Shown: positions 14,382 to 26,579 of the stretch, in pieces
Numbering within the stretch: position 1 is the stretch's first letter
How the letters are laid out: each line of letters begins with the position of its first letter
From: Pelomyxa schiedti
Lineage: Eukaryota; Protista; Evosea
Reading direction: 5' to 3'
Length of the DNA stretch: 64,000 nucleotides
Assembly (NCBI GenBank): GCA_020536535.1
Contig: JAHLWZ010000817.1
Location: 49,827-113,826, forward strand
Made by a program: the position numbers and the translations under genes
Notes under the pieces: generated by a model
The model's input: the letters and a program-made list of their open reading frames with translations, nothing else
Database searches by the model: none
Told to the model about the DNA's origin: nothing

Positions 14382-17300
14382 TTAGGAGCTTTTGTTTGGA
14401 CTTGGCGTTTCTGTGGCGGGCGATGATGAAGAAGTTGTGGCACTAGATGAAGGTGTGTTTACAGGTGTTGGTGTGGTAGAAGTTGATGTGGTGGTAGTGG
14501 TGCTTGAGGATGAAGTGGTAGTAGTTGTGGTACCAGTTTCGGGTGAGGGACCTGCACCGGTTGCGTCTTTAATGTCCTCTTCAGACCTGTGGGTTTGGAG
14601 TTAGCAGAGGGAGATTAACTGCGGTACAACCAGACAGGATAAACCCTCTTATATAGGCTCATGCACACTGTATCATCAGCTTTGAGGGGATGATCAAAGA
14701 TGCATTTCATATGCCCATGGGTGCCTAAAGGAAAAAAAAATGTAAATGTGACTACAAAGACTCCCATTACACTACCAAGTGGTTCAAGAATATGCCCTCT
14801 ACATTTGTGCTTAGTCCAAAGCTCAATCTTTTTCCAATACTTGATATCCTCTACAATATTACCGTCATTGTTTAAGTACACATGTTGCTGTCATACGTGG
14901 TGTATAGAACATTCCTCTGACAACAGCTTTCCGTTTAAATATTTTGAAAGGGAATCCAGTTAGAATTATGCGTTTGCATATTATTCTATCGGGGTCAACA
15001 GACATTAGGTAACCATTAGACACAGGTGCCTTTTGTTCCCCTTAAAAATGGTTATTGTGTGTTATATAGGTCAGAAAACAGACCGTAATATTTGAACATT
15101 AACACTGGGCAAGGAGGAAATGTAACTGGACCATAAATGGAGGCACATAAAACTGAGTCTGGATGGAAAAACGTGGAGAATTTGTGCTTATTGGCTCTGG
15201 GTGAGTGATCTGAATAGATGGGGAATGCAAAGAAGCGTCTAAATCCTACATGGAACTCCAGCCGTTCCTGTTGAGTGGATAAGAAAAGAAATCTCACTTC
15301 AGAGGCAACTTTGGATTTTAAGGGTTCCTCAAAACAAGGGAAACGACGAACAAGGAAGTGGTTCACACTGCACTTATTTTCATATTTCCTAAGACCGCTG
15401 AGGACAAGTGGGCGAGTCACAGTCAGGTTTGCTAGTGCAAGTTATTTTTCTTTTTTTAATGGGGTACACACAAATCATTTCCTGAGGAAAATCCTTTAGG
15501 TAAACAGCAACATAATTGCCAGGCTACATATGTAAATTCAAGGGGTATAGATTCTGTTGTAAACCTGAACTCCCTCAGAAGGCTTTGCAAGAATTCTCTT
15601 TTTTATTCCCTTGAAGTCTTTGAACTGGAATATTCGTGCATAATCCAAGGGAAGATTTTCTTTTGGGTTCCAAGGAGATGTCCTAAAACTCTGCAAACCA
15701 CGGTACCTAAACTGCATTAATATCACAGCATCAATATGATTTGGGTACACTTTCTAAATCGAACTTTGGCAGGAATTCCATATGGTAAATCAACTTCATC
15801 AGGAAATTCCAAATCATCTCGACTTTCGCGCCACCTGCAACTGTTAAGAGGAGAACAGAAGAGACTGAGGTACTTTTGTTCTAGGCCATCAGCATCTCCA
15901 GTATCATCGTAGTTTGCGTCATTTACTGTAGTGACACTAGCACTGTCATCGGCCATTATGGATAAAGCATGCTCAGCAGCTGGAGGAGGTTCCTCATCTT
16001 CAATTGCTGCATTGAAAAAAATTACTGCAGTCATAAGAATAAAATCGGAAGAAGACCTTTTGTAGCTGATTGAAGTCCTTTTATTTGCTTCTTCATATCT
16101 TCGTCACTCTCAGCGTCTTCACTTCCACTAGACAAGCCATCACCCTGCGGCAAGTTCTTTTTTGCGAAATTGGAGGGTAAAAGAAACCTCTTCATCATCT
16201 TCTCTTTCACTTTTGTCAAGAAGCCAGGAGGCTTGGTATGCAGAAGTACCTTTTGGTACTTGTACTTGCTTCATCTGGGAAGCTAAAATAGGTAGAATTA
16301 GTTTCATACGATATAACCACATTAGTACCTTCTGCTTCAGCAAGTTCTTCAGGAGTCGGCCACGTTTGCTCAGCAGCCATTGGATCGGGAATGTTGGCAG
16401 CTAAGAGAGACTCTTGAAGTTCAGGATTTGCTGCAACATCTACTAACTGAAAAGGGGTATGTTAACTGTTTTTATTTGGTGCATGATACATTTGGTGGTG
16501 CATGAGACACTGCACAGGGGTCTTCCACCACAGAAATCTGAAGTTGTTACTCCCAATATGAAAGAGAGATAAATAACCTTGGATAACTGGAAGGTCCCAA
16601 CTCCTGTGACATGCACGAGTTGATTTGGAGACAGCCTGCCTTGCTTGAGGTACCCACAAAGGGCCACACTACCCTATGGGAAGAATGAACGTAAAGTAGT
16701 GCTATTATGGTCAAACTTGATCCTGAATAATTTTGTCAGCTAGAAGGTACGACGCAGCTCGTTTCCTCCAAGCAGGAATGTGTACAGATTGTACTAAAAG
16801 TTGTCTGGCCAACTTTTCTGTGTCCTTTTTATTTGCATTTGAGTTTGTGCCATGATCAGAACAAGACAGACTGTACCTCACGGGTGTCGACACAAAACAT
16901 CTTGGAAATGGTCGGGAATCTTCTTGACAATTCCTCCTTTCTCGCTTTCTTGGCCAAAGATTGCTTGGGCTCTGGTAAAGAACGTAAACCCTAGTGTAAA
17001 GAAGCTATAAGTGCACAGGCCCTCTTCCCATTCCCTATCCCCTTCTTTTGTCACCACGCTCAACGTTGGGTTACCTGCATGACAAACATGACAGTTGGAA
17101 GGCCTTGAGAGAACAGTAAATTCAGTTTCATATCATGGGTCTCGTCTATAAATCCTTCTGCCGAAATGGCGAACATTATTATATCGGCCACTTTGGCAGC
17201 ATCAAGGATAGCATCGATGTCGCGTGTCGGGGGAACAACAAAAGTGGCACGGTGTTTGTTCTGCACTCTTGAACAGTAAATATTTGGTGACAAAACGTGT

Positions 17301-17725
17301 CCCAATGCAAGGGAAAGTACTTGCAAGTTACTGGCACAGTGTATTCAGAATAAGCTACCCCTGACACTCTCAACACCGCCTTAACAACAATCCAAGCTTC
17401 CACAGATTCCTCCAACGAAATTACTGCCTTTGGTAACAAGTGAGACATGGCCACCGTGAGAGAAAAACAGACTCACCACAGTCTTTGGTGCAAAAAGTGA
17501 ACCAGTTGCGCGAGCTTCGGCGACAGCAGCGGCACGCCTGGCCGCAATTTTTTGCTTCCCTTGGTTCCTCCTCTCTACTTTGTTGAGATCTACGGCCGCC
17601 GTTGGTTTCGGCGCAGTTCCCGCTAGTTTCCCCTTGGCACGCTTTTTGAGTTCTCCCTTGGTTGCATGCTTGGCCTTGAAGGGTTTGTTATGCTGCTTTA
17701 ATGTTCCCGGGTCGTGTCGTTGCAT
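14382..17725 (-). CDS. TSR1: Pre-rRNA processing protein TSR1 (40S biogenesis, BMS1/TSR1 family)
   Basis: LKQHNKPFKAKHATKGELK; ILDAAKVAD; VPKGTSAYQASWL; DDLEFPDEVD..ARVRF-type..YRGLQSFRTSPWNPKENLPLDYARIFQF; GHILEPLGTHGHMKCIFD..DTVCMSLYKRVYPVW. Confidence 0.95.
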
Positions 17726-17954
17726 CTGAGCGGGTCGTTCGGGCCTAGGTCTGCGAGATCTTTAATTTCTGTGTGCAACTGCAATTTCCTTGGTTTTTTG
17801 TTTGATAGAAAAGAACAAGGACGCGAAGCTATTCTTTTTTTTTTTCTTTGTTTCCTTGGGTTTTGGAGCAGTTCTCTGTGCAAGATAATAGTGACAGTAG
17901 GAGAATGTGGATTAACCACACTTGTTTTTGTGGGAGGTTTTCTGCATGGGTCAT

Positions 17955-19604
17955 TCAATTCCGTAAAAAGAGCAGGTGCAACAAATCCACAGCAATTTTG
18001 ACAGACAAGAAAGGTTGGTACTCATTTTCAGGGTTGGGTCTGACACCTTCATCCCATTCCTTGGCTCGGTCTTCATCCCAATATATTAGGTTAGGGTCAA
18101 ATGTTGCGGTGGCTGCAGCACTGCTTCCTGTGGATTTGGGCTTCGCTGTCTTTGCCGTTGTTTCTCCAACCCACTTGGCCAAGGCATCTCTGTTAATAAC
18201 CCTGTCAGCATCTGGTTTTTGTTGGTTCACATCATCTGCTAAAGTATGGGCAAGCTCTGCAACACTGAAAAGTTTTCGAAACAATTGTTCTGCTGCAGTT
18301 TCGTCATCGTGAGAGAGAGCTGGTGCGTTTCGGTCAGTTGCTGCCGCATCTACACAGCGAAGACCAAGTCTTGGTCCTATAACCTTGCGGTAACTACTCT
18401 GTAGATGTGCTACCTGAGAATCAAATATTAGAAACCTGCTTGGATCCTTCTGTTTTATTACCTGTTCTGTGGGTGTGCCATCATCTTGTCTCCAGGCGTT
18501 CGGGTTCAATAAATTGGTAACTTGATCAAGAACTCGTTGTTTTTGTTCATCTACAAGGGAGAGCACTTGTTCACGAAAGCCTTTATCTCGGCCAGAGAGT
18601 TCCCCAAAAATAGAGTCAATAACTCGGACCTGCTCGGCTTGACAGGAGGTGAAGGAATCGATTAATTTGGTGAGATGTCTTTTTCTTGCTTTTTCTGAGA
18701 TGACTTTGCATGATCCCAGGACAAATTGCATAGAGGTTATTACATGCTGTTGTATCTTTTAAAGTTACTAATGTTACGAGGACATAAGAATGTTACTGCA
18801 GGTTGGGAATTGAAAGTAGGCAGTCCGTATTGGTAAGTAGAACAAATGAGCTGAAGGACGGGATTTGTATGTGTGCGGTCCAAGGTACTATCAACACCTT
18901 GAATACTTGCCCGAATCATCCGCATTATTTCTGCCTCTGACATCCTGGGAACTGAGGGTAACTTTGTAGCAGTTTTCTATGAACAAATTGTAAGCAAGTG
19001 AGTCTTTTAGTTAGCTAATACATCTGTAGAAGCAGCCGGACTAAGGAGAAAATCAGAAATCCTGGCTAGTTTTGGGCGTAACTCTGTAGGTGCAGCGTCA
19101 TCCAGACAAGCCTGTGCAGCCGCAACCTTTGCTGGAGCAGGTTTCTGCGTCACTTTATTAATAGTGTCCACATCAAAAAGAAAAAAAAAGTACCGCCACT
19201 GGACCTGACGTCGGAGGCGGAGTTCTTGTGCTCGGGGGCGTAGTAACTGCCGGGGTAGGTTTCCTCGTCCCTTTTGTCGGCGTCGGTTTCGGCGGCGCCG
19301 CTGTCACTGCGACCTTTGGAGCGCGCGGAGAAGGCTCGCCACACGCACTGCACATCGGATCTTCATCCATATTCACCAGAGTGCAAACAGGACAAGCCCA
19401 AGTGCCGGGCACCGCACCGCCAGAAAACGACGACCCCGAATCTGCGTGTCTCCCGCTGGCAGATCCACCACCGCTTCCACCGCCGCCTCCGCCGCCAAAG
19501 TTAGAAACCAAGATGTCGATTGCCAATGCGACATCACCACCGCTCGCATCTAACGCATTGGAACATTGTTCGTCACTAAACCCCATCCCCAACAGTTCGT
19601 CCAT
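17955..19604 (-). CDS. UBA and RanBP2-type zinc finger protein with uncharacterised C-terminal domain
   Basis: MDELLGMGFSDEQCSNALDASGGDVALAIDIL (UBA); WACPVCTLVN..MCSAC (RanBP2/NZF finger); downstream exons to the stop at 17955. Confidence 0.75.
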
Positions 19605-19752
19605 TTTCCGGCACGCACGATACGCCCAGGCAACAACCGCCAAAGTCCTTTTTCTACGAAGAAAGAAAAAATTTTATTTTATCGAAAAATGAAAAAACTC
19701 TCGGAGACAATCATTTTTGAAACCAGGCTATCATCCCAAGTACGAGGCATTC

Positions 19753-22700
19753 TCAGGTGTTGTTGCTTGGTCTAGTTGGAGGGTGCAGTGGTGTTGTTGC
19801 TGTAGTAAAAGATGCGATGGGAGCTATTGGTGATGATGAGAATGTGTGCGTGGGTGTTGGTGATGTTGGCGTGTTGGGTGATTCTGGGGGCTGCTGTGGT
19901 GTTGTTTGAGAAGATTGTGCTTCATTGTCTTCGGTCTGTTTGATTTTAGCTTTTGCTCTTGCAAGCTCTAAGGATTGTCGGGCTAACTTCCGAGTTACGT
20001 CTGTTTGGGTTATTAGAGAGCTTTTTTTTTTCATGTGGGGGAATGGAGGAAGGGGATTGAAACCTTCAAGAACATGGTTCTTCTGCCGTAGGTCTCTTTC
20101 AAGGCTGCTTATTTTCTCTAAATATTTTTCACATTGGGTACATGGCGTATTTGCTTGAACTGACACAAGTGATAGTGCAGCTGAATCTGTGGCATTTGTA
20201 GAATTTGTTGCTGTTGTAGACACAGTTGAAGTTGGGGCCACTGTACTACTTTGTTCTTCCGTTTGAACGGCAATGGTCACTCCTTTGTGTTGTTTATTTT
20301 TTGCCTTCTTCTTGTCCCTTTCTTCATTGCACTCACGCAATTTACGTTCTGCACTGGAAGCACGATCGTTGGCTTGTGAAAGTTTTTGTTCAAGAGTTTC
20401 CACTCTTCTATCACTCTGAGCATGCCTCTGAGAAACTGTTTTAATTTGTTCTAGTTGAGATTCAATTTGGTTCATTTTCTGGAGGATGCTTCAGTTATGT
20501 GAAGGACATCCAGGTCACGCATACAGAAGAGACTCCAGAATGTTTGTCTTCAGTTTTCTTGTGAACATTAGACTTAACCTCTGATACCATTTCATGAATC
20601 GTTGTAAGTTTTGTCAACATTTCAGCCATTTGCTTTTTTACTTCACTCCCTGTGGCTCCTGCAGCCAACATTACTTGTTGCATCATTACGTCGACGGCAT
20701 CTCCAGAGTCTGCTTAGGTAAGATTCATTTTGTCTACGTTAAGGTACCGGGGGCTACTTGTAGGGGCCCACTATTTGGTCTGATTCGTTTACTCAATCTA
20801 CAAGGTGGTAGGGGGGAAAAGGTGAACTGGTCACATGAATTGTAAGGGAGGAAGGGAAACCGTATGTCATCAGGTGGTTGTGACTCCCTTTTCCGCAGAA
20901 GTTGATCTTGTACCATCATGTGTGGGAACAGTTGGGTTGTTCCAAATTGATCCATTCCACCAGGTTGTAATGCTGAAGGGACAAACCCCATGTTTGACAT
21001 TTCAGACTATGGTGAGAATTAGCACGCACAGATTTGTTGTGTGTACCATTTCAAGTGGGCGTTTTTCGGGAGTACTATTACTTGAAAGTGAGTAGTGGTA
21101 CCAGCGAGAAAAATACCTCATTGAACGGAGAAAATTTTCCCACAGTTGGATTCCTTGGGCACTCTCAAGAAGTTGTTTTTGTAGTTGTTGCTGTTGTTGT
21201 ATTTGCAGCATTTGTTGCGTTGGTCCCCACTAATGAGAAAGATTGAGTTCAAACATGAATTTCTTGGGTGGTTTGATACCGCGAGAAGTGAACAAGGATC
21301 CTGTAGTGATGTCGGAGGAAGCATCCCTGGAGTGAGAGACAGTAAACTCGAGGTAGGAATTGGTGGTAACTGGGTCGGCATCGCTGGTAAAGGTGATGGC
21401 ATCGCAGGTAATGGAGCTGGTATGGTTGATAAAGATGACACTGTTGGTGGTGAGATGATGGAATTGTTGGGAATTCGGTACCTAGGTTCATTCCCAGTGG
21501 CACGTTTATTGGAGGTGTTGTACTAGTTTGTGCTGGAGGGGGTTCAGGGGTTGGTTGGCTCATATCCTGCTTGACATTTCTCAGTTCTGTGGGGGAAAAA
21601 AAAATTGTGCGGACCATAACAATATTTTCCATGAAAGAACACATTTCCGCTGATAAGTGGCTTGCTGGTTGCGTTTTTTCAATAAGTATTCCCAGAAGCC
21701 ACGGAAGGTTCTGCTGGTCATGGAAGTCCCCTGAGGAAGCTGGTAAGTAGCACACAGACGAAAACGATACCCTCAGCGAATTTCACACGTAGAGCATCTA
21801 ACAATTTAAATGCACTTTTTTTGTTCACTTGGTAAATTTTCTTTAATTTGTCCTAGTGAAGATTCTAAGTCAAAAATGTTTAGGAGGGAGCATACCATAA
21901 TAAGATTGCGAACAGGGATAGTATATCCTATTTTTTTACCCAGTTCTTCTTCAAGGTGACTGACCACTTTTGTAGCAATACTCCAGTCATACAGTTTTTC
22001 CTTTTCTTGGGTTGCAGTAGAGGTTCTGCTGGACTGTGACGATTGTGTCTCACTTGCAGGTATTGTATTGCTTCCAGGGGCAACAGGGATACGAGTAACA
22101 TCAGCAGTATTGCTTCCACTCCGATAATTAGTTCCAAGATTAGACTCAGTTTTGTTGCTAGTGTAAACCACCCCACTTCCAATATTACTCAGAGCTCTCT
22201 GACTCTCACTGTTGATATCGCCTTCAGGATCACATTTTATTTGAACTGATACTATGGACTGTAAGTAAAAGTGTACAGTAGAGGCAGCTCACCTGTTGAC
22301 TTCGGAGTCTCCCTTTCTCTTTCCCTCTCCCTCTCTTTCTCCCTCTCTTTCTCCCGCTCCCTTTCTTTCTCTTTTTCTCTCTCTCTTTCCTTTTCTCTCT
22401 CCCTTTCCTTTCTTTCTTCCTCGATCCTTATGGCAGTTAAGAGTGCAGTTTCTTAGAGATGTAGAGGTGAAGTAGGAAACCTTGAGGCGCGTTTAACGTA
22501 ATCTCTCAACGTTTCCCTTGTTATGACATGTTTGTATTGACAAGTAGGACTTGTACACTTGTTGAAAATATTCTCACATATTCCTCTATAGATGATTAGT
22601 GAACCCCCTTTTTACCAAGAAATTGTACAATTTGGGAAGATCGCTGAACAGCACATGTAAAAAGTCACATGTGCGACCTCTTGAACAGTAGCCTTTCTGA

Positions 22701-23456
22701 TAGTAAACACAAAGCTTGAAATTTTTTGATCCCCTTGAGGGTTCACTTGCATTGCTGTGAAGTTATCGTTATTCATGGTTACAACAAGATGGTGCCGATT
22801 ACCACAGGTCCTGATTGATAAGGTCAACAAGTATGTCCTCACCACGGTCTTCTTTCCCTCTATAGCTCAATTCTTTATCTCGGTCCTCTCTCTCTATCTC
22901 TCGGTCTATGCCTTTTTCAGCAGCAGGGTCATCAGAGAATCCAGTTGGCAGCCTCACTGTTACCTGTTGAGGTATCAATTCCACATACAAGAGCTGGCAA
23001 CGAGTCTTGTATGTACAACAAACCTTTTGGCCACAGATATCCAAAGTTCCGTTTTTAACATTTGCCAGTACAGAAGAAACAGCCTGTGGGTCATCAAATT
23101 CAACAACACGTGATGTTCCATTGCTAGATCGAGAACAACGCAGAACTTTCGCCTGCACGATGAAAAACAACCAGGTTAATAGTAAACAAAAGTGCACAGC
23201 AAGAACAAAAACATCCATAAACAACTTGATAACTACCAACAAAAAAAATAAATAAAAAAAACCCAAATGCCCACAATTTCTTCACAAACCTTCCCACAAC
23301 GTCTCATCACGTCCTCAATATCAGAAACGTGCAGTCCCTCCACACCGTAAAGGTAAAGTCGACTTGAAAGTTTTTATAAATAACCATGTTGTCAGCTTCC
23401 TCCACAAACAACAAAAATTTCCACAAGACCACTTACGATACAATCTCACGGCGCAT
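19753..23456 (-). CDS. Hypothetical RRM-containing protein with Cys-rich segment, RE/KE repeat, Pro/Gln-rich region and C-terminal coiled coil (may be two genes)
   Basis: MRREIVSRLYLYGV..IEDVMRRCGK..VVEFDDPQAVSSVL..LDICGQKV (RRM-like); CENIFNKCTSPTCQYKH; (ERER/EKE)n at ~22310-22420; coiled coil at 19753-20475. Confidence 0.5.
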
Positions 23457-23554
23457 CGTCCCCCACCGCGCAAAAATAAAATTAAAAATCTGGAACAATG
23501 AATGTTGATGACTATTGATTGGCTTTTACGGGACTCCGGACTGAAACGCCAACC

Positions 23555-24865
23555 TCAACTTGAGGTTGCGAATAGAAGGTCTCCAGCGTAGTAGAGCCTG
23601 TTCTTGTACTCCATGTTTTCATAGAGCTGTGCGGGAACACCGCGGAAGCCGTAGAGGGCCCCCCACCAGGCACCAGCAATGGCCCCGGTGGTGTCAGAGT
23701 CACCCCCGTGCAGTGCTCCGCGGAGGAGAAGCTCTTCCCAGGCCCGCTCGGGGGTGCTGACTCCGGGCCGGTGGTGTTCGAGTGCGTAGACGCACCAGAG
23801 AAGGGCGTCGTAGGCTATTATCACGCTGTCGTGGCCGCTTGATCCTCCCCAGCCACTGAAGCTGACGGCTTTGTAGAATTCGTCCCTTTGGGGAATCCCG
23901 TAGGGTTCTGGGAACAGTGGCATCTATAAAGACAATATAAATAAGTGTGGCAGGGAGTTTGTGTTTTAGTGTTGGAGAATCACAGACGAGGTCCCATCTA
24001 GTGCGGCTGGTAGTCGCCTCATTTTAAGGTATGACTCCCAGGCGTTCTGAAAATATATCCAGGCTTCATCCCACTTTACACCTCCACTTGGAGGGATCCG
24101 CCATGCTCCTATGCAGTCTAGTGCAATGGGCATGGCTGTGTGTAGTAATTCTGCTCCCCATGTCAGAATCCCTATGGTTCCCTTCTCAATCGCTAATGCC
24201 GTAAACAGAGCACTGGCCACAGCGCCCAGTATGGCAACTGGGTGGTTATGTGTTATCCTAGCACTATCTATAGCTGTTCTGATCAATTCAGTCCTTCTTT
24301 TTGGGCCATGAAACCTCAGCCCTATGCACATGGCCCTCATGCTACCACCACATCCCCCAGAGGTGGGATCAAAAGGCTGAGAATCCCAAGGAGAACCTGT
24401 GTCCATGAATAGGATAAGTGCTGCAACTGTGCGTTCCCCTGGAGCTCTTTTATCCATGTCCTCCATGCAAGCTATGTACTTCCGACTCATCAATGCCCCC
24501 AGCTCTTCCGGTGTGTTCCATTCCTTTTTTTTTATTGTGGGTTGATTCCTGTTTACCTTGGAAACAGGAACAAAAAGAATCCAGTAATAGAGTAGAATTT
24601 GGAGCGCACATACGCCCACGAGTGACTCGGCCGTGGCCAGGTGCATGACCGTGTCGTCGCTGACAGGCCAATCAGATTTGACCAAGCACAAGGAACGCAA
24701 ACCGCCAATCGCGGCGAGTTGGCGGTGGATCTCAGGCCCACTCTTATTAAACTCCCAGATCCCTCTGCGATACCCAACCGCATCACCAATAGCACTCAGC
24801 ACCATACACCCCTGAAATCTCTCATACAGTGCCGCTGGTGTGTCATCACCCGACCTTGCTGCCAT
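23555..24865 (-). CDS. ADP-ribosylglycohydrolase (ARH1/ADPRH-like)
   Basis: AIGDAVGY, VSDDTVMHLATAESL, RAPG, GGCGGSMRAMCIGLRF, THNHP, GGDSDTTGAIAGAWWGALYG. Confidence 0.92.
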
Positions 24866-25202
24866 CTTCTGAACGAACGCGTTCGTTCAACTGGTTTTTA
24901 AATTTGATTAAATTATTAATAAATCAAGCAGTGACAATTTACTGCCTTCGAAGCCAAGCAAAATCTGTCAATGAATGGGGGGGCTCTCAAAGAGAACTGA
25001 CTCAGGTGCCGCCCTCTGAGGCACGGGCTGGGGATCGGGCATCACATTCTTCCATTTGTTCAGTTGTTGTTTGGGCAACACCGCGGCTTCACTTAATTTT
25101 CAGATATGGGGAAAAATCCATAACCGACTGAACACGAGATCCGTCACAACGGAAAAAAAAAACCCACACAGCCAAGACAACACAAACAACAACAAACAAC
25201 AT

Positions 25203-26511
25203 ATGGGTGGGATACGAGCAGGTGCGGAAAGGCGCCTGTTTGTGTTTATATTATTGGCGATGGTGGTTTGCGTGTCCTTGGCGAAGGAGAAACCGAGGAT
25301 TGACGACCCCGAGTGGTTGGCGTGGAAGATCAAGTACAACAAGCAGTACGCCACGGCTACAGAGGAGATCTACCGACGTGGCGTGTACGAGAATTCCAAG
25401 GCCATTGTTGCAAGGCTCAACGCGGATCCGAACGAATTGGCCCACTATGGCCCTACGCAATTCTCGGATATGACTCAGGAAGAGTGCGTTTCTTTGCATC
25501 CTAACATTTTGTCTCTTTTTTCCTTGTTTTCTTTTTTTTTTAAAAAAAAAAAAAAGGTTTGCTGCTACGTATCTCACGTTGAAGACTGAATCAACCCAGC
25601 CACCAAGGGACCACACACACGTTCCTGTCGTTCGTGATGCTCCAGAAAACTGTTGCTCGTGGACAAACGACAAGACTCGTGTTATGGCACCACAGAATCA
25701 GGGGAGCTGCGGAGGCTGCTGGGCTTTTGCTGTACGTATTTTCTAAGCAGTCCCATGTATTCATCTCTCAACTTGGTCATAGACTGCCGCCACACTGGAA
25801 GGAGCTTGTGTCAACAAAGCGTATTGTGGTACCAAGTTGAGTGAACAATTCTTTATCGATTGCCTGTACAAAAATGCCAACTATGCAAGCTGCTGCTGGG
25901 GTTGTTCAGGAGGTTATATTCAGGTATAGCAGCTTTCCTTAGTGCTTATCTATTTATCTATTTACATTGCTAGCCCCCTCTTCAATTTGCATGGGATCAG
26001 TACCAGATACCCTCAAAGAGTAGTTATTCTTATACGGCGTACAAGTCGACATGCAAACAAGTCTCTGGTACCTATATCCCCAGGGACGTTATAACAAGTG
26101 TATATTCTATAAGTCAATCCGATGAGGCCATAAAAACTGCCCTCTACCAAAACGGCCCAGTTTCCATTGGAATTGATGCAACGTATCTTCAGTACTACAA
26201 TGGAGGACTATACGGTATTCCCCTTTTTTTCAGCCTCAGTTTTTTTTATTTTCGAAAAAAGGGAGGTCTTGCACAGCATCAGATGCAAACCATGCTGTTA
26301 GCCTTATCGGCTACAACACCACATCTTTGACTGATAGTAGTGGGCCCCGCTGGTGTATGGCCATTTGTGTTGGTTTCATTCTACTAACTCCTCTACAGTT
26401 ATCAAGAACAGTTGGGGGACAAGTTGGGGGTATGGCGGCTATTTCTACATGACGTTGGGTGGAAACGTCTGCCATATTTGGAATTATCCTGTCACAGTGA
26501 CACACACATGA
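25203..26511 (+). CDS. Papain-family (C1A) cysteine protease with signal peptide and I29 prodomain
   Basis: Hydrophobic leader; WKIKYNKQY..EEIYRRGVYENS..YGPTQFSDMTQEE; QGSCGGCWAF (catalytic Cys); ANHAVSLIGY (His); IKNSWGTSWGYGGYF (Asn). Confidence 0.93.
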
Positions 26512-26579
26512 AACCCACTTTATGCCAAAGTACAATAGAAATCTTCATTTATTTCCCGTCAACGATGGGTTTTTTTTCT

